The translations under genes and the position numbers were made by a program. The notes under the pieces were generated by a model. It worked only from the letters and a program-made list of their open reading frames with translations. It was not told the origin of the DNA and searched no databases. A stretch of 41,275 nt of DNA from Faecousia sp. (GTDB lineage Bacteria > Bacillota > Clostridia > Oscillospirales > Oscillospiraceae), in assembly GCA_045535135.1 (NCBI GenBank), contig JAZSKZ010000095.1:1-41275 (forward strand), written 5' to 3'. Below are positions 9,438-18,152 of the stretch, in pieces; position 1 is the stretch's first letter; every line of letters starts with the position of its first letter.

Positions 9438-10299
9438 CCGTTTGACCGAAGAATATGTAGCCTACATTGAGGTCTACTTGAAAAATACCTGCTTTGTTTA
9501 TCCGTCTGAGCCGCAACAGACTCTATTTGATGCTATGCGGTACAGTCTTCTTGCGGGCGGAAAGCGCCTGCGGCCTATCCTCACAATGGATTTTTGCCGT
9601 ATGTGCGGCGGAAACTGGAAGGATGCCGCACCGTTTGCAGCCGCACTGGAAATGGTGCATACTTACAGTTTGATTCACGATGACCTTCCTTGTATGGACA
9701 ACGATGACTACCGCCGTGGTAGGCTCACAAACCACAAGGTTTATGGAGATGCGATTGCCGTTCTCGCCGGGGATGCGTTGCTTACTGCTGCTTTTTCTAC
9801 CATTGCGAACGCTCCTTTTTCTGCCGAGACAAGAATCCGTGCCGTCGAAATTCTTTCTGCGTGTGCAGGAGAGCTGGGGATGGTTGGCGGACAGGTTCTG
9901 GATATGCAGAGCGAAAGTCGGGAGTGTACTGAGCAGGAAGTTGTCAATATCCAAAGCCGGAAAACCGGGATGCTGATCAAGGCAGCTTGTCTGCTTGGTG
10001 TCTTGGCCGGAAACGGCACTAAGACGCAGGAGATTGCCGCAGAAAAATTTGCCCATCATTTGGGTCTTGCTTTCCAAATTCGGGACGATGTGCTGGATGT
10101 AATCGGCAATCAGTCAGATTTAGGCAAAGCAACCGGTGTGGACGGCAACAAGAATACCTTCGTCCACATTTACGGATTGGATGTTTGTCAGGAACTTGTT
10201 CGCACCCGTACCGCCGCTGCAAAAGACTGGCTGTGGGAATTCCCCAATAATGAATATATGATTTCTCTTGCCGACTCCCTTACGGAGCGAATGAAGTAA
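9430..10299 (+). CDS. ispA: Farnesyl diphosphate synthase (polyprenyl synthetase)
   Basis: GGKRLRP, HDDLPCMDNDDYRRG, FQIRDDVLD. Confidence 0.95.
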   Translation: MNDRLTEEYVAYIEVYLKNTCFVYPSEPQQTLFDAMRYSLLAGGKRLRPILTMDFCRMCGGNWKDAAPFAAALEMVHTYSLIHDDLPCMDNDDYRRGRLTNHKVYGDAIAVLAGDALLTAAFSTIANAPFSAETRIRAVEILSACAGELGMVGGQVLDMQSESRECTEQEVVNIQSRKTGMLIKAACLLGVLAGNGTKTQEIAAEKFAHHLGLAFQIRDDVLDVIGNQSDLGKATGVDGNKNTFVHIYGLDVCQELVRTRTAAAKDWLWEFPNNEYMISLADSLTERMK

Positions 10300-10305
10300 A
10301 TATGT

Positions 10306-10337
10306 ATCGGGGCTGCAAAATGCAGTCCCGATTTTTT
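10306..10337 (+). terminator. Terminator between convergent ispA and cotJC
   Basis: ATCGGGGCTGCA-AAA-TGCAGTCCCGAT followed by T tract. Confidence 0.85.
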
Positions 10338-10932
10338 ACATATTAAGAGCCGGGTTCATATAATACACATTCTTTTTATTAAGCTTTTCTCTGAGCAGCT
10401 CGATCGCCTCACCGAACCGCTGGAAGTGTACGACCTCACGCTCCCGCAGGAATTTGATAACAGTATTCACATCCGGGTCATCGGAGAGTCTGAGAATGTT
10501 ATCATAGGTTACCCGAGCCTTTTGCTCCGCAGCCAGGTCTTCCGTCAAGTCGGCCATAGGGTCGCCCTTTACGGCGATAGTTGCAGCGCTCCAGGGAAAA
10601 CCGGATGCAGCCGTGGGATATACTCCCACAGTATGGTCCACGAAATAGGGAGCAAATGCAGAGTCCTGAATTTGACTGTCCTTTAAATTCCTCGTCAGCT
10701 GATGCACCAGCGCGCCAATCATCTCCAGATGCCCAAGTTCTTCCGTGCCAATGTCGGTAAGCAGACCCTTGAGCTCGTCAAAGGGCATAGAATACCGCTG
10801 AGAAAGATACCGAAGAGAAGCACCCAGCTCGCCATCCGGCCCGCCGTACTGGCTGATGATAATGCTGGCAAGTTTAGGATTTGGGCGATCAATTTTTACA
10901 GGAAACTGAAGCTTTTTATCATATACAAACAT
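10336..10932 (-). CDS. cotJC: Manganese catalase family spore coat protein CotJC
   Basis: KKLQFPVKI, SQYGGPDGEL, GTEELGHLEM, REVVHFQRFGE; start MFVYDKKL 2 nt after upstream gene. Confidence 0.95.
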   Translation of the reverse strand: MFVYDKKLQFPVKIDRPNPKLASIIISQYGGPDGELGASLRYLSQRYSMPFDELKGLLTDIGTEELGHLEMIGALVHQLTRNLKDSQIQDSAFAPYFVDHTVGVYPTAASGFPWSAATIAVKGDPMADLTEDLAAEQKARVTYDNILRLSDDPDVNTVIKFLREREVVHFQRFGEAIELLREKLNKKNVYYMNPALNM

Positions 10933-10934
10933 TC

Positions 10935-11375
10935 TTATACCCCCCGATTTGCTGCATATTCCCAAGGCCACGGGTCATCCAGCCAGCGATATTCGCCGTT
11001 TACAGGCGACATATGGGTCAGGGCTCCGCAGGCTTTTTCATACTTTTCTACTGCTTTCTCATATTCCTTTTGGTACTCCCGAAATACCTCAACGGCTTCC
11101 TTGTCGTCCCGATGGGTATCCAGATAAAGGGCAAGCTCCTGAAGCATAAAGCCAATGGCCTGCAATTCCGTAAGCGGCGTTACAGGCTTTTCCCGGTTGT
11201 TTACCATCCCCATATATGGTAGGTCAAGACCGGGATAAATCGTACCTCTTACAAGACCCTGCCGGGCAGTGTAGGTGGGGGGAGATTCCTTTTGAAACGG
11301 CACATAGGGATTTGCAAGCGGCGCAGCTGCCGGCAGGATTCCGGTGCCGCCCTTGCGGCGGATTTTAGGTTCCAC
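10935..11375 (-). CDS. cotJB: CotJA-CotJB fusion spore coat protein
   Basis: N-half PLANPYVPFQ...RGTIYPGLDLP (CotJA-like); C-half ELALYLDTH...DPWPWE (CotJB); GTG start 7 nt after GGAGG. Confidence 0.88.
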   Translation of the reverse strand: MEPKIRRKGGTGILPAAAPLANPYVPFQKESPPTYTARQGLVRGTIYPGLDLPYMGMVNNREKPVTPLTELQAIGFMLQELALYLDTHRDDKEAVEVFREYQKEYEKAVEKYEKACGALTHMSPVNGEYRWLDDPWPWEYAANRGV

Positions 11376-11419
11376 AATCATTCCTCCAATCAAAGTTTTG
11401 AAACCTGTCGTTCCGAGTC

Positions 11420-11447
11420 ATTCTATGACAATTTGCGGTGCTTTGTT
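11420..11447 (-). promoter_or_regulatory. Mother-cell (sigK/sigE-like) promoter of cotJ operon
   Basis: Minus strand AACA-N16-CATAGAAT. Confidence 0.6.
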
Positions 11448-11474
11448 CATTGACAAACGGCGCCTTCATATACT
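11447..11474 (+). promoter_or_regulatory. sigE-like promoter of cwlD
   Basis: tcATT-N15-CATATACT. Confidence 0.55.
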
Positions 11475-11490
11475 TGTGTGGGGTGATAAT

Positions 11491-12201
11491 ATGAAATATA
11501 GGAACTTTTGGGTATCAATGCTACCAGTGTATACTTTGGTATTGGGGTGTTTTCTTCTTGCAGGAATAGGCGGCAGCCGGGCAATTACTACACTCTCCGA
11601 AAATAGCCCAATCGAAGACAGAAAATGCATTGTAATTGATGCGGGGCACGGGGGAATGGACGGTGGCACTGTTTCCTGTACCGGCGAATACGAAAGTAAA
11701 ATCAATTTGGAAGTTGCACTGCGGCTGGAAGCTGTCCTTCATCTATTGGGCGTCAATACCGAAATGATTCGCACCACTGATACTTCGGTACATACCCAGG
11801 GCAACACAATTGCCTCGCAAAAAGTATCCGACCTGCATAACCGGGTAAAAATCGTGAACAAAACGCAGAACGCCATTCTCATCAGCATACATCAGAATCA
11901 CTACCCGGACAGCCGATACAGCGGTGCGCAGGTCTTTTACTCGCCCTTTGGAGAAAGTCAATCATTGGCGCAGGAATTACAGACAACGCTTGTGAACAAT
12001 CTGAATCCCGGAAGCAATCGTAAATGCAAAAGGGGAGATGGTATTTTTCTTCTTCAGAATATTCAAAAACCCGGTGTGATTATCGAATGCGGTTTTCTCT
12101 CAAATCACGAAGAAAACGCAAAACTGCAGGATAAATCCTATCAGCAAAAGCTATCTGTCGTCATTGCCTCAGTTTGCAGTCAGTACCTACACAGTAATTG
12201 A
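11491..12201 (+). CDS. cwlD: N-acetylmuramoyl-L-alanine amidase, CwlD-like (Amidase_3)
   Basis: N-terminal TM, VIDAGHGGMDGG, ESKINL, DLHNRV, ISIHQN, GAQVFY, IECGFLSN. Confidence 0.85.
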   Translation: MKYRNFWVSMLPVYTLVLGCFLLAGIGGSRAITTLSENSPIEDRKCIVIDAGHGGMDGGTVSCTGEYESKINLEVALRLEAVLHLLGVNTEMIRTTDTSVHTQGNTIASQKVSDLHNRVKIVNKTQNAILISIHQNHYPDSRYSGAQVFYSPFGESQSLAQELQTTLVNNLNPGSNRKCKRGDGIFLLQNIQKPGVIIECGFLSNHEENAKLQDKSYQQKLSVVIASVCSQYLHSN

Positions 12202-12227
12202 CAAAAACCGCCACAAACTGTTATAAT
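12198..12227 (+). promoter_or_regulatory. sigA promoter of radA
   Basis: TTGACA-N18-TATAAT with TGn; -35 overlaps the cwlD stop codon. Confidence 0.8.
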
Positions 12228-12247
12228 ATTAAAAAGGAGGCGGTATT

Positions 12248-13615
12248 ATGGCGAAAAATAAAGTGGTATATTTTTGCACTGAGTGCGGCAATGAAACGCC
12301 GAGATGGCAGGGAAGATGCTCTGCCTGCGGTGCATGGAATACAATTGTAGAACATACCGAAAAAGCATTGCCTGTCAGCCGGGGTAAAACTGCATCTACC
12401 GGCGTTCCCCGCAACGCTAAGCCGCTTTCTCAGGTCTCCGGCCACGCAGAGAGCCGTTTTTTCACCGGTCTTAGTGAACTTGACCGGGTTTTAGGCGGCG
12501 GCGCTGTTTATGGCTCTCTGGTCCTCATAGGCGGTGCTCCCGGAATTGGTAAATCTACGCTCCTTTTGCAAATCTGCGAGAGTCTTTGCACCGGTAGAAC
12601 GGTACTTTACATATCCGGCGAGGAGAGTGAGCAGCAAATTAAGCTCCGCGCGCAGCGAATCGGCACTGTCGGCTGTGGCGATAACTTATTGGTATTGTCA
12701 GAAACCCGGCTTTCCGATATTTTGGAAACCGTTGAGCAAGTCAGGCCGGATATCCTGATCATTGACTCTATTCAGACTCTTTATAATGAGGATAACGATT
12801 CTACACCCGGCTCTGTTTCACAGGTAAAAGACTGTACGATGGTACTGATGAACCTGTCGAAATCGCAGGGGATTACGGTATTTGTTGTGGGTCATATTAA
12901 CAAAGACGGCGCAATCGCCGGACCTAAAGTACTGGAACATATGGTAGATTGTGTTCTGTACTTTGAGGGCGACAGTAACTCCTCCTATCGTATTCTACGG
13001 GCGGCAAAGAATCGCTTTGGTTCTACCAACGAGATTGGCGTATTTGAAATGGTAGACAAAGGTCTTGTCGAGGTGCCAAATCCGTCCAAAATGCTTCTGG
13101 ATGGTAAGCCTGTGGGCGCATCCGGCACTTGTGTAGCCTGCGTAATGGAGGGAAGTCGCCCAGTTTTGGCGGAGATTCAGGCTCTTGTTGCCAAATCCAG
13201 CGCCAATTTCCCCCGCAGAACTGCAGATGGTTTTGACATTAATCGTGCATCTCTGTTGCTTGCAGTTGCAGAAAAGAGAGCGGCTATGAAGCTCTCTGTG
13301 ATGGATGCTTACATCAATGTTATCGGCGGATTGCGAATTGACGAACCGGGTGCAGACCTGCCCGTACTGCTTTCCATTGCCTCTTCCTACTTGGACAAGC
13401 CCATTCCTGACCAAACTGCAGCAATCGGGGAAATCGGTTTGACCGGCGAAATCCGCAGCGTTTCTCATATGAACCAACGGCTCTCTGAAGTTGCAAGATT
13501 AGGCTTTAATACATGCATTATCCCGTTTTCTTCAGCTGAAAAGTTGGTAATTCCAAATAATTTGAAGATTATTAAGGTCAAAAACATACAAGAAGCTATT
13601 GCTTCTGTGCTGTAA
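12248..13615 (+). CDS. radA: DNA repair protein RadA/Sms
   Basis: CTECG..WQGRCSACG zinc finger, GAPGIGKSTLL, KNRFG. Confidence 0.98.
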   Translation: MAKNKVVYFCTECGNETPRWQGRCSACGAWNTIVEHTEKALPVSRGKTASTGVPRNAKPLSQVSGHAESRFFTGLSELDRVLGGGAVYGSLVLIGGAPGIGKSTLLLQICESLCTGRTVLYISGEESEQQIKLRAQRIGTVGCGDNLLVLSETRLSDILETVEQVRPDILIIDSIQTLYNEDNDSTPGSVSQVKDCTMVLMNLSKSQGITVFVVGHINKDGAIAGPKVLEHMVDCVLYFEGDSNSSYRILRAAKNRFGSTNEIGVFEMVDKGLVEVPNPSKMLLDGKPVGASGTCVACVMEGSRPVLAEIQALVAKSSANFPRRTADGFDINRASLLLAVAEKRAAMKLSVMDAYINVIGGLRIDEPGADLPVLLSIASSYLDKPIPDQTAAIGEIGLTGEIRSVSHMNQRLSEVARLGFNTCIIPFSSAEKLVIPNNLKIIKVKNIQEAIASVL

Positions 13616-13616
13616 T

Positions 13617-14120
13617 ATGAACAAAATTCTTGTGATTGGTTGTTGCGGGGCAGGGAAGAGCACCCTGACAATGGCCCTTGCTGAAAAAACAGGCCTTCCT
13701 GCCGTGCATTTGGATGGTATTTTCTGGAAAGAAAACTGGGTGGAAAGTTCCCGCGAAGAATTTGATGCTGCCGTACTGGCAGTATCAAAAGCAGATAAAT
13801 GGATTATGGACGGTAATTATAGCCGCACATTACCAATGCGTCTGGAGCTCTGCGACAGCGTAATATTTTTAGATTTATCGAGATATATTTGTATTTTGGG
13901 CGTTCTCCGTAGAGTATTTAAATACTATGGAAAATGCCGCCCCGATATGGGCAAAAACTGCCCGGAGCGGCTAGATTTTTCCTTTCTTCGCTATGTTTGG
14001 AACTTCAAACGGACACAACGCCCCAAAATAATAAAATGTTTAGAAAAAGCAACTGTTCCGGTGGTTACACTGAAAAACCGGGCAGAAATTAAGGCGTTTT
14101 TGCACAATTTTGAAGCTTAA
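13617..14120 (+). CDS. P-loop kinase-like protein (FlaR / DNA topology modulation family)
   Basis: GCCGAGKST, HLDGIFW, WIMDGNY, RPDMGKNCPERLD. Confidence 0.85.
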   Translation: MNKILVIGCCGAGKSTLTMALAEKTGLPAVHLDGIFWKENWVESSREEFDAAVLAVSKADKWIMDGNYSRTLPMRLELCDSVIFLDLSRYICILGVLRRVFKYYGKCRPDMGKNCPERLDFSFLRYVWNFKRTQRPKIIKCLEKATVPVVTLKNRAEIKAFLHNFEA

Positions 14121-15121
14121 TCCTCCTTATTAAAATCCAGTTTCGACAGGGGATTTGCCTGGGAGGCAAGTTTAAGCTCCGTATTTTCAATATGGGTATA
14201 GATTTGTGTGGTATTTAGGTTTTCGTGCCCTAAAACTTCCTGAACTGTCTTTACATCTACACCGCCGGAAAGCATCATTGTTGCTGCAGTATGGCGCAAC
14301 TTATGTGCAGAAAAACTTTCCGCATCCAGGCCGGCAATAAGCAGATATTTCTTAACCAATCGATGAACGGCACTGACACTGATTCGATTACTATCACGGG
14401 AACCAAAAAGCGCACGATTATCAGACAAATGTTTTTTGTTGCGTTCGACCAAATAGGCCTCTATGGCTTTCCGGCAGGGAGTACCAAAGTAAACAAAGCG
14501 CTCTTTATTACCTTTACCGACTACACGGAGCCGATCTTTATACACATCAGTAAGGTTTAGCCCTACGAGCTCACTGCGACGGATACCACAGTTGAGAAAG
14601 ATCATAAGTATTGCGTAATCCCGTTTCTGATTTGGGCCGGAAACGGCCTGCAGAAGCGCTGCAGACTGTTCCATAGTCAGATACTTAGGTAGGCTTTTAC
14701 GCAATTTCGGATATTCTAAATCCGCTACGGGATTTTCTGTCAACTGCTTTGTACGCACCGTCAAATACTTATAAAATGATTTCAGTGAAGACAGCTTTCT
14801 TGCACGGGCCGACGGAGAGATGCCGTACTCAGGAACAGCCGATTCCGGGTTGATAATACGGTCATTTGCAAGATAGGAAAGGAAATCAAAAATATCTGAT
14901 GTCTTAATCGATGCCACGAAAATAATATCAACATCGCGAATGTCGATGTCATCCAAATTTGTTTTCATCGGCATTTCATTACGCATAAGCTTCATAAAGC
15001 GTAGAAACATTCTAAGGTCAAGATAGTATTCAGAAATTGTAAGCTGGGATTGACCTTTGATAGTCTCATGATAGGTGAGGAAATCTCTGAGAATTTGCGG
15101 ACAGTCGCTGTAACGCTTCAT
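14117..15121 (-). CDS. Tyrosine recombinase, clostridial XerC-like (334 aa)
   Basis: Intact catalytic set: CGIRRSE, GKGNKER, HKLRH, LGH, TQIYTH; long N-terminal binding domain. Confidence 0.93.
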   Translation of the reverse strand: MKRYSDCPQILRDFLTYHETIKGQSQLTISEYYLDLRMFLRFMKLMRNEMPMKTNLDDIDIRDVDIIFVASIKTSDIFDFLSYLANDRIINPESAVPEYGISPSARARKLSSLKSFYKYLTVRTKQLTENPVADLEYPKLRKSLPKYLTMEQSAALLQAVSGPNQKRDYAILMIFLNCGIRRSELVGLNLTDVYKDRLRVVGKGNKERFVYFGTPCRKAIEAYLVERNKKHLSDNRALFGSRDSNRISVSAVHRLVKKYLLIAGLDAESFSAHKLRHTAATMMLSGGVDVKTVQEVLGHENLNTTQIYTHIENTELKLASQANPLSKLDFNKED

Positions 15122-15200
15122 AAGTAATACCTCCGTTAATTTATCGCTCCAAGAGGGCTAAAACGCCCTGAAGGAGGCTGCATTTGTATTTACTATCTTT

Positions 15201-15229
15201 ATTATAACACATATTTACTGCAAACGCAA
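15201..15229 (-). promoter_or_regulatory. sigA promoter of XerC-like recombinase
   Basis: Minus strand TTGCGT-N17-TATAAT with TGn. Confidence 0.75.
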
Positions 15230-15252
15230 CAAAATTTTTATTTTGTTGCGTT
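15223..15252. repeat. Perfect palindrome, candidate recombinase binding site/operator
   Basis: AACGCAACAAAAT-TTTT-ATTTTGTTGCGTT between divergent genes. Confidence 0.85.
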
Positions 15253-15353
15253 CGATGGGTTTAAGGACGCAAAGATAACAATTACAAGGGTATCTCCCCT
15301 CATGGTCTGTCTGACCGCATTTTTCGATTGTAATACAGATTGAGGTAACATAA

Positions 15354-16160
15354 ATGGCAAACATCATTGAAGTTTCAGATATTTCCCTGTCGGCGCTGGA
15401 TGTATTCGCACGGCTTACCGAAGCACAGTTGCGAAATCGGTTGGAATCATCCAAAGGAATTTTCATTGCAGAAAGTCCCAAGGTGATCCATTTAGCGCTG
15501 AATGCCGGATATTCCCCTATCTCTCTGCTTATGGAGAAAAAGCACATTGATGGCGATGGTGCATCGGTTATTACACGCTGTGGTGATGTTCCGGTTTATA
15601 CAGCGCAGCGGAGCGTGTTGCAATCTCTTACAGGCTACACATTAACACGCGGCGTACTTTGTGCTATGCGCAGACCAGTACCTTTGTCCCCCTTGGTTAT
15701 CTTGAATGGCGCTCGTCGGGTAGCGGTTCTTGACGGAATCGTTGACTCGACAAATATCGGGTCAATTTTTCGCAGCGCCGCAGCTTTAGGCATTGACGGA
15801 ATATTATTGAGTGATAATTGTTGTGATCCTCTTTGCAGACGGGCTGTTCGTGTCAGTATGGGAACCGTATTCCAGATCCCTTGGGCGTTTATTCCCGGTG
15901 ATTATATCCGCTTATTGCACGATAACGGATTCTCCTGTGCTGCGATGGCATTGGAAGATGATTCCGTATCCGTTGACAACCCCTCCCTTCTCTGTGAGGA
16001 ACGCCTTGCTATCATCCTCGGTACCGAAGGAAATGGTCTTTCTCCCGAGCGAATCCTACGGTGTGATTACACAGTTTGTATCCCTATGCATCACGGGGTA
16101 GATTCATTAAATGTTGCAGCTGCGGCTGCTGTCGCATTTTGGCAATTAAGTGTGCGATAA
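15354..16160 (+). CDS. RNA methyltransferase, TrmH/SpoU family
   Basis: NIGSIFRSAAALG, RRAVRVSMG, ILGTEGNGL, IPMHHGVDSLNVA. Confidence 0.95.
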   Translation: MANIIEVSDISLSALDVFARLTEAQLRNRLESSKGIFIAESPKVIHLALNAGYSPISLLMEKKHIDGDGASVITRCGDVPVYTAQRSVLQSLTGYTLTRGVLCAMRRPVPLSPLVILNGARRVAVLDGIVDSTNIGSIFRSAAALGIDGILLSDNCCDPLCRRAVRVSMGTVFQIPWAFIPGDYIRLLHDNGFSCAAMALEDDSVSVDNPSLLCEERLAIILGTEGNGLSPERILRCDYTVCIPMHHGVDSLNVAAAAAVAFWQLSVR

Positions 16161-16174
16161 TCTCGTAATTTTTC

Positions 16175-16203
16175 TTTACTTATCCTTATCTCTATGCTAT
16201 TAT
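16175..16203 (+). promoter_or_regulatory. sigA promoter of pfkA
   Basis: TTTACT-N17-TATTAT with TGn. Confidence 0.6.
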
Positions 16204-16234
16204 TGTTAAAGTTTCCCGAATCGGAGGTTATCTT

Positions 16235-17206
16235 ATGAAAATTCGTCGAATTGGCGTTCTGACCAGCGGTGGCGATGCGCCGGGAATGAATGCCTGTGTC
16301 CGTTCTGTTGTGCGTACAGCAATGTACCACGGTGTGGAGTGCTTCGGTATTCTTCGTGGTTGGAACGGGCTTATTAACGGAGATGTGATTCGTTTGGACG
16401 AAAAGAAAGTATCCCATATCATTGGCCGTGGCGGCACAATTCTCTATACTGCCCGCAGTCAGCAATTCTACACTGAAGAAGGCCAGAAAAAAGCTGCCTC
16501 TACCTGTAAATTCCTAGGACTTGATGGCGTAGTTGCCATCGGTGGCGACGGCACATTCCGCGGTGCTAACGCCCTGTCTAAATTTGGCATTAATGTTGCC
16601 TGTATTCCTGCAACAATCGATAACGATATCAATTGCACAAACTATTCCATAGGATTTGATACTGCCGCTAACACCGCCATCTCCTGCATTGACAAGCTCA
16701 GAGATACGATGCAATCTCACGAGCGTTGCTCTGTTGTAGAGGTTATGGGCCGTAACGCCGGATTCTTGGCTATGTATGTAGGTCTTGCTGTTGGCGCAAC
16801 CGCCGTATTAGTCCCCGAGTCCCCTATTGATTTCGAGAAAGATGTTGTAGAAAAAATCCGCCAGGCTCGTTTTAATGGCTTTACCCACTATATGATTGTG
16901 GTAGGTGAAGGCGCCGGCACGGCAGCAGAAATTGCAGCCAAAATTAAAGAATCGTTGGATTTGGATCCTAGAGTTACGGTTTTGGGCCACATTCAGCGAG
17001 GCGGCTCCCCAACCGGCCGTGACAGAGTAAATGCCACGAAAATGGGATATTTAGCTGTTAAACTGCTCCTGGATGGCAAAACGAACCGAATTGTCTGCAC
17101 CAGTGGCGGCGCATTTGTGGATACAGACATAGACGAAGCGCTCACTATGAATAAGCGAATTCAGCAAATCGAAACCGACGTCCTTTTGGCGATGACCGGT
17201 CTATAA
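16235..17206 (+). CDS. pfkA: 6-phosphofructokinase
   Basis: LTSGGDAPGMN, GGDGT, PATIDND, EVMGR, LGHIQRGG. Confidence 0.98.
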   Translation: MKIRRIGVLTSGGDAPGMNACVRSVVRTAMYHGVECFGILRGWNGLINGDVIRLDEKKVSHIIGRGGTILYTARSQQFYTEEGQKKAASTCKFLGLDGVVAIGGDGTFRGANALSKFGINVACIPATIDNDINCTNYSIGFDTAANTAISCIDKLRDTMQSHERCSVVEVMGRNAGFLAMYVGLAVGATAVLVPESPIDFEKDVVEKIRQARFNGFTHYMIVVGEGAGTAAEIAAKIKESLDLDPRVTVLGHIQRGGSPTGRDRVNATKMGYLAVKLLLDGKTNRIVCTSGGAFVDTDIDEALTMNKRIQQIETDVLLAMTGL

Positions 17207-17207
17207 G

Positions 17208-17247
17208 AAAAAGGTCTATCAAGCTTTTGCTTAGATAGACCTTTTTT
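17208..17247. terminator. Bidirectional terminator between pfkA and xerD
   Basis: AAAAAGGTCTATC-AAGC-TTTT-GCTT-A-GATAGACCTTTTTT. Confidence 0.9.
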
Positions 17248-18130
17248 ACGCTTTGGGGTGGCATTTTGCATATACTGCCTTCAACTTCTGATTAATAAGC
17301 TGCGTGTAGAGCTGTGTGGAAGAAATATCGCTGTGCCCCATGAGTTCCTGCAAAGAACCCAGATCTGCGCCATTCTCCAAAAGGTGAACCGCAAAGCTAT
17401 GGCGAAGTGTGTGGGGAGTGATTTCCTTCTCAATATGCGCCATCTCCTGATAGTGCTTTAGTATCTTCCAGAAGCCCTGCCGGCTCATGCGGGAACCGTT
17501 AATATTCACAAAGAGAGCCGTTTCATCAGGATCAAGAATAAGGGCGCTGCGGAAGTCCTGCAGATAATTCTGAAGCGCACGCAGTGCAGTGGGATAAAGA
17601 GGAATTGCCCGCGCTTTCTTGGTGCCATTGCATTTAATAATACCTAAATCCAGGTTAAAGTCATCCAAATCCAGGTCAATCAGTTCTGAAACACGCATAC
17701 CGGTGGCATAAAGCACCTCCAGCATGGCCTTATCGCGATATCCCTTTGCATCCACACAGGCAGGCTGCGACAGGAGCAACTCGATTTCACGGCCGGATAG
17801 AATTTGGGGCAGCTTCTTCTCTCCCCTATCAATCTGGATTGCGCCGACAGGTGTTTTCTCCACAAATCCGGAGGAAACAAGGTATCCATAGAAGTTTCTA
17901 AGCCCAGCAAGGGCTCTTGATAAAGTAGCACCGGAGCGTCCGCTATCCTGCAGATACCGAATGTAGTTGGAAATATGAAGTTGCTTTGCATCTACAAGCT
18001 CCACTTTTGCAGACACCCGAAGCCAATCCGCATACTGGCGGATATCACGGGTATAGGAAGCAGTGGTGTTGGCAGACGCCTTTTTTACCTTTGTCAGGTA
18101 ATTTTCATAGGCAGTGATCAAATCCAACAT
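17246..18130 (-). CDS. xerD: Tyrosine recombinase XerD (RipX)
   Basis: RDKAMLEVLYATGMRVSE, MSRQGFWKILK, ITPHTLRHSFA, GHSDISSTQLY, HPKA end; downstream of spoIIM-like gene. Confidence 0.93.
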   Translation of the reverse strand: MLDLITAYENYLTKVKKASANTTASYTRDIRQYADWLRVSAKVELVDAKQLHISNYIRYLQDSGRSGATLSRALAGLRNFYGYLVSSGFVEKTPVGAIQIDRGEKKLPQILSGREIELLLSQPACVDAKGYRDKAMLEVLYATGMRVSELIDLDLDDFNLDLGIIKCNGTKKARAIPLYPTALRALQNYLQDFRSALILDPDETALFVNINGSRMSRQGFWKILKHYQEMAHIEKEITPHTLRHSFAVHLLENGADLGSLQELMGHSDISSTQLYTQLINQKLKAVYAKCHPKA

Positions 18131-18152
18131 ATCGGAAAAACGCTCCTTAAAT

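Noticed and set aside
11450-11474. TTGACA...TATACT as a sigA promoter for cwlD
   Set aside because: Spacer is only 13 bp; the sigE reading fits better
15223-15255. Palindrome as a terminator or LexA box
   Set aside because: It lies between divergent genes, is AT-rich, and GTTCG lacks the matching GAAC-N4 half
14117-18130. Two recombinases flanking trmH-pfkA as an integrative element
   Set aside because: Cargo is housekeeping; I saw no att direct repeats, tRNA target or phage/conjugation genes; xerD has its normal spoIIM context
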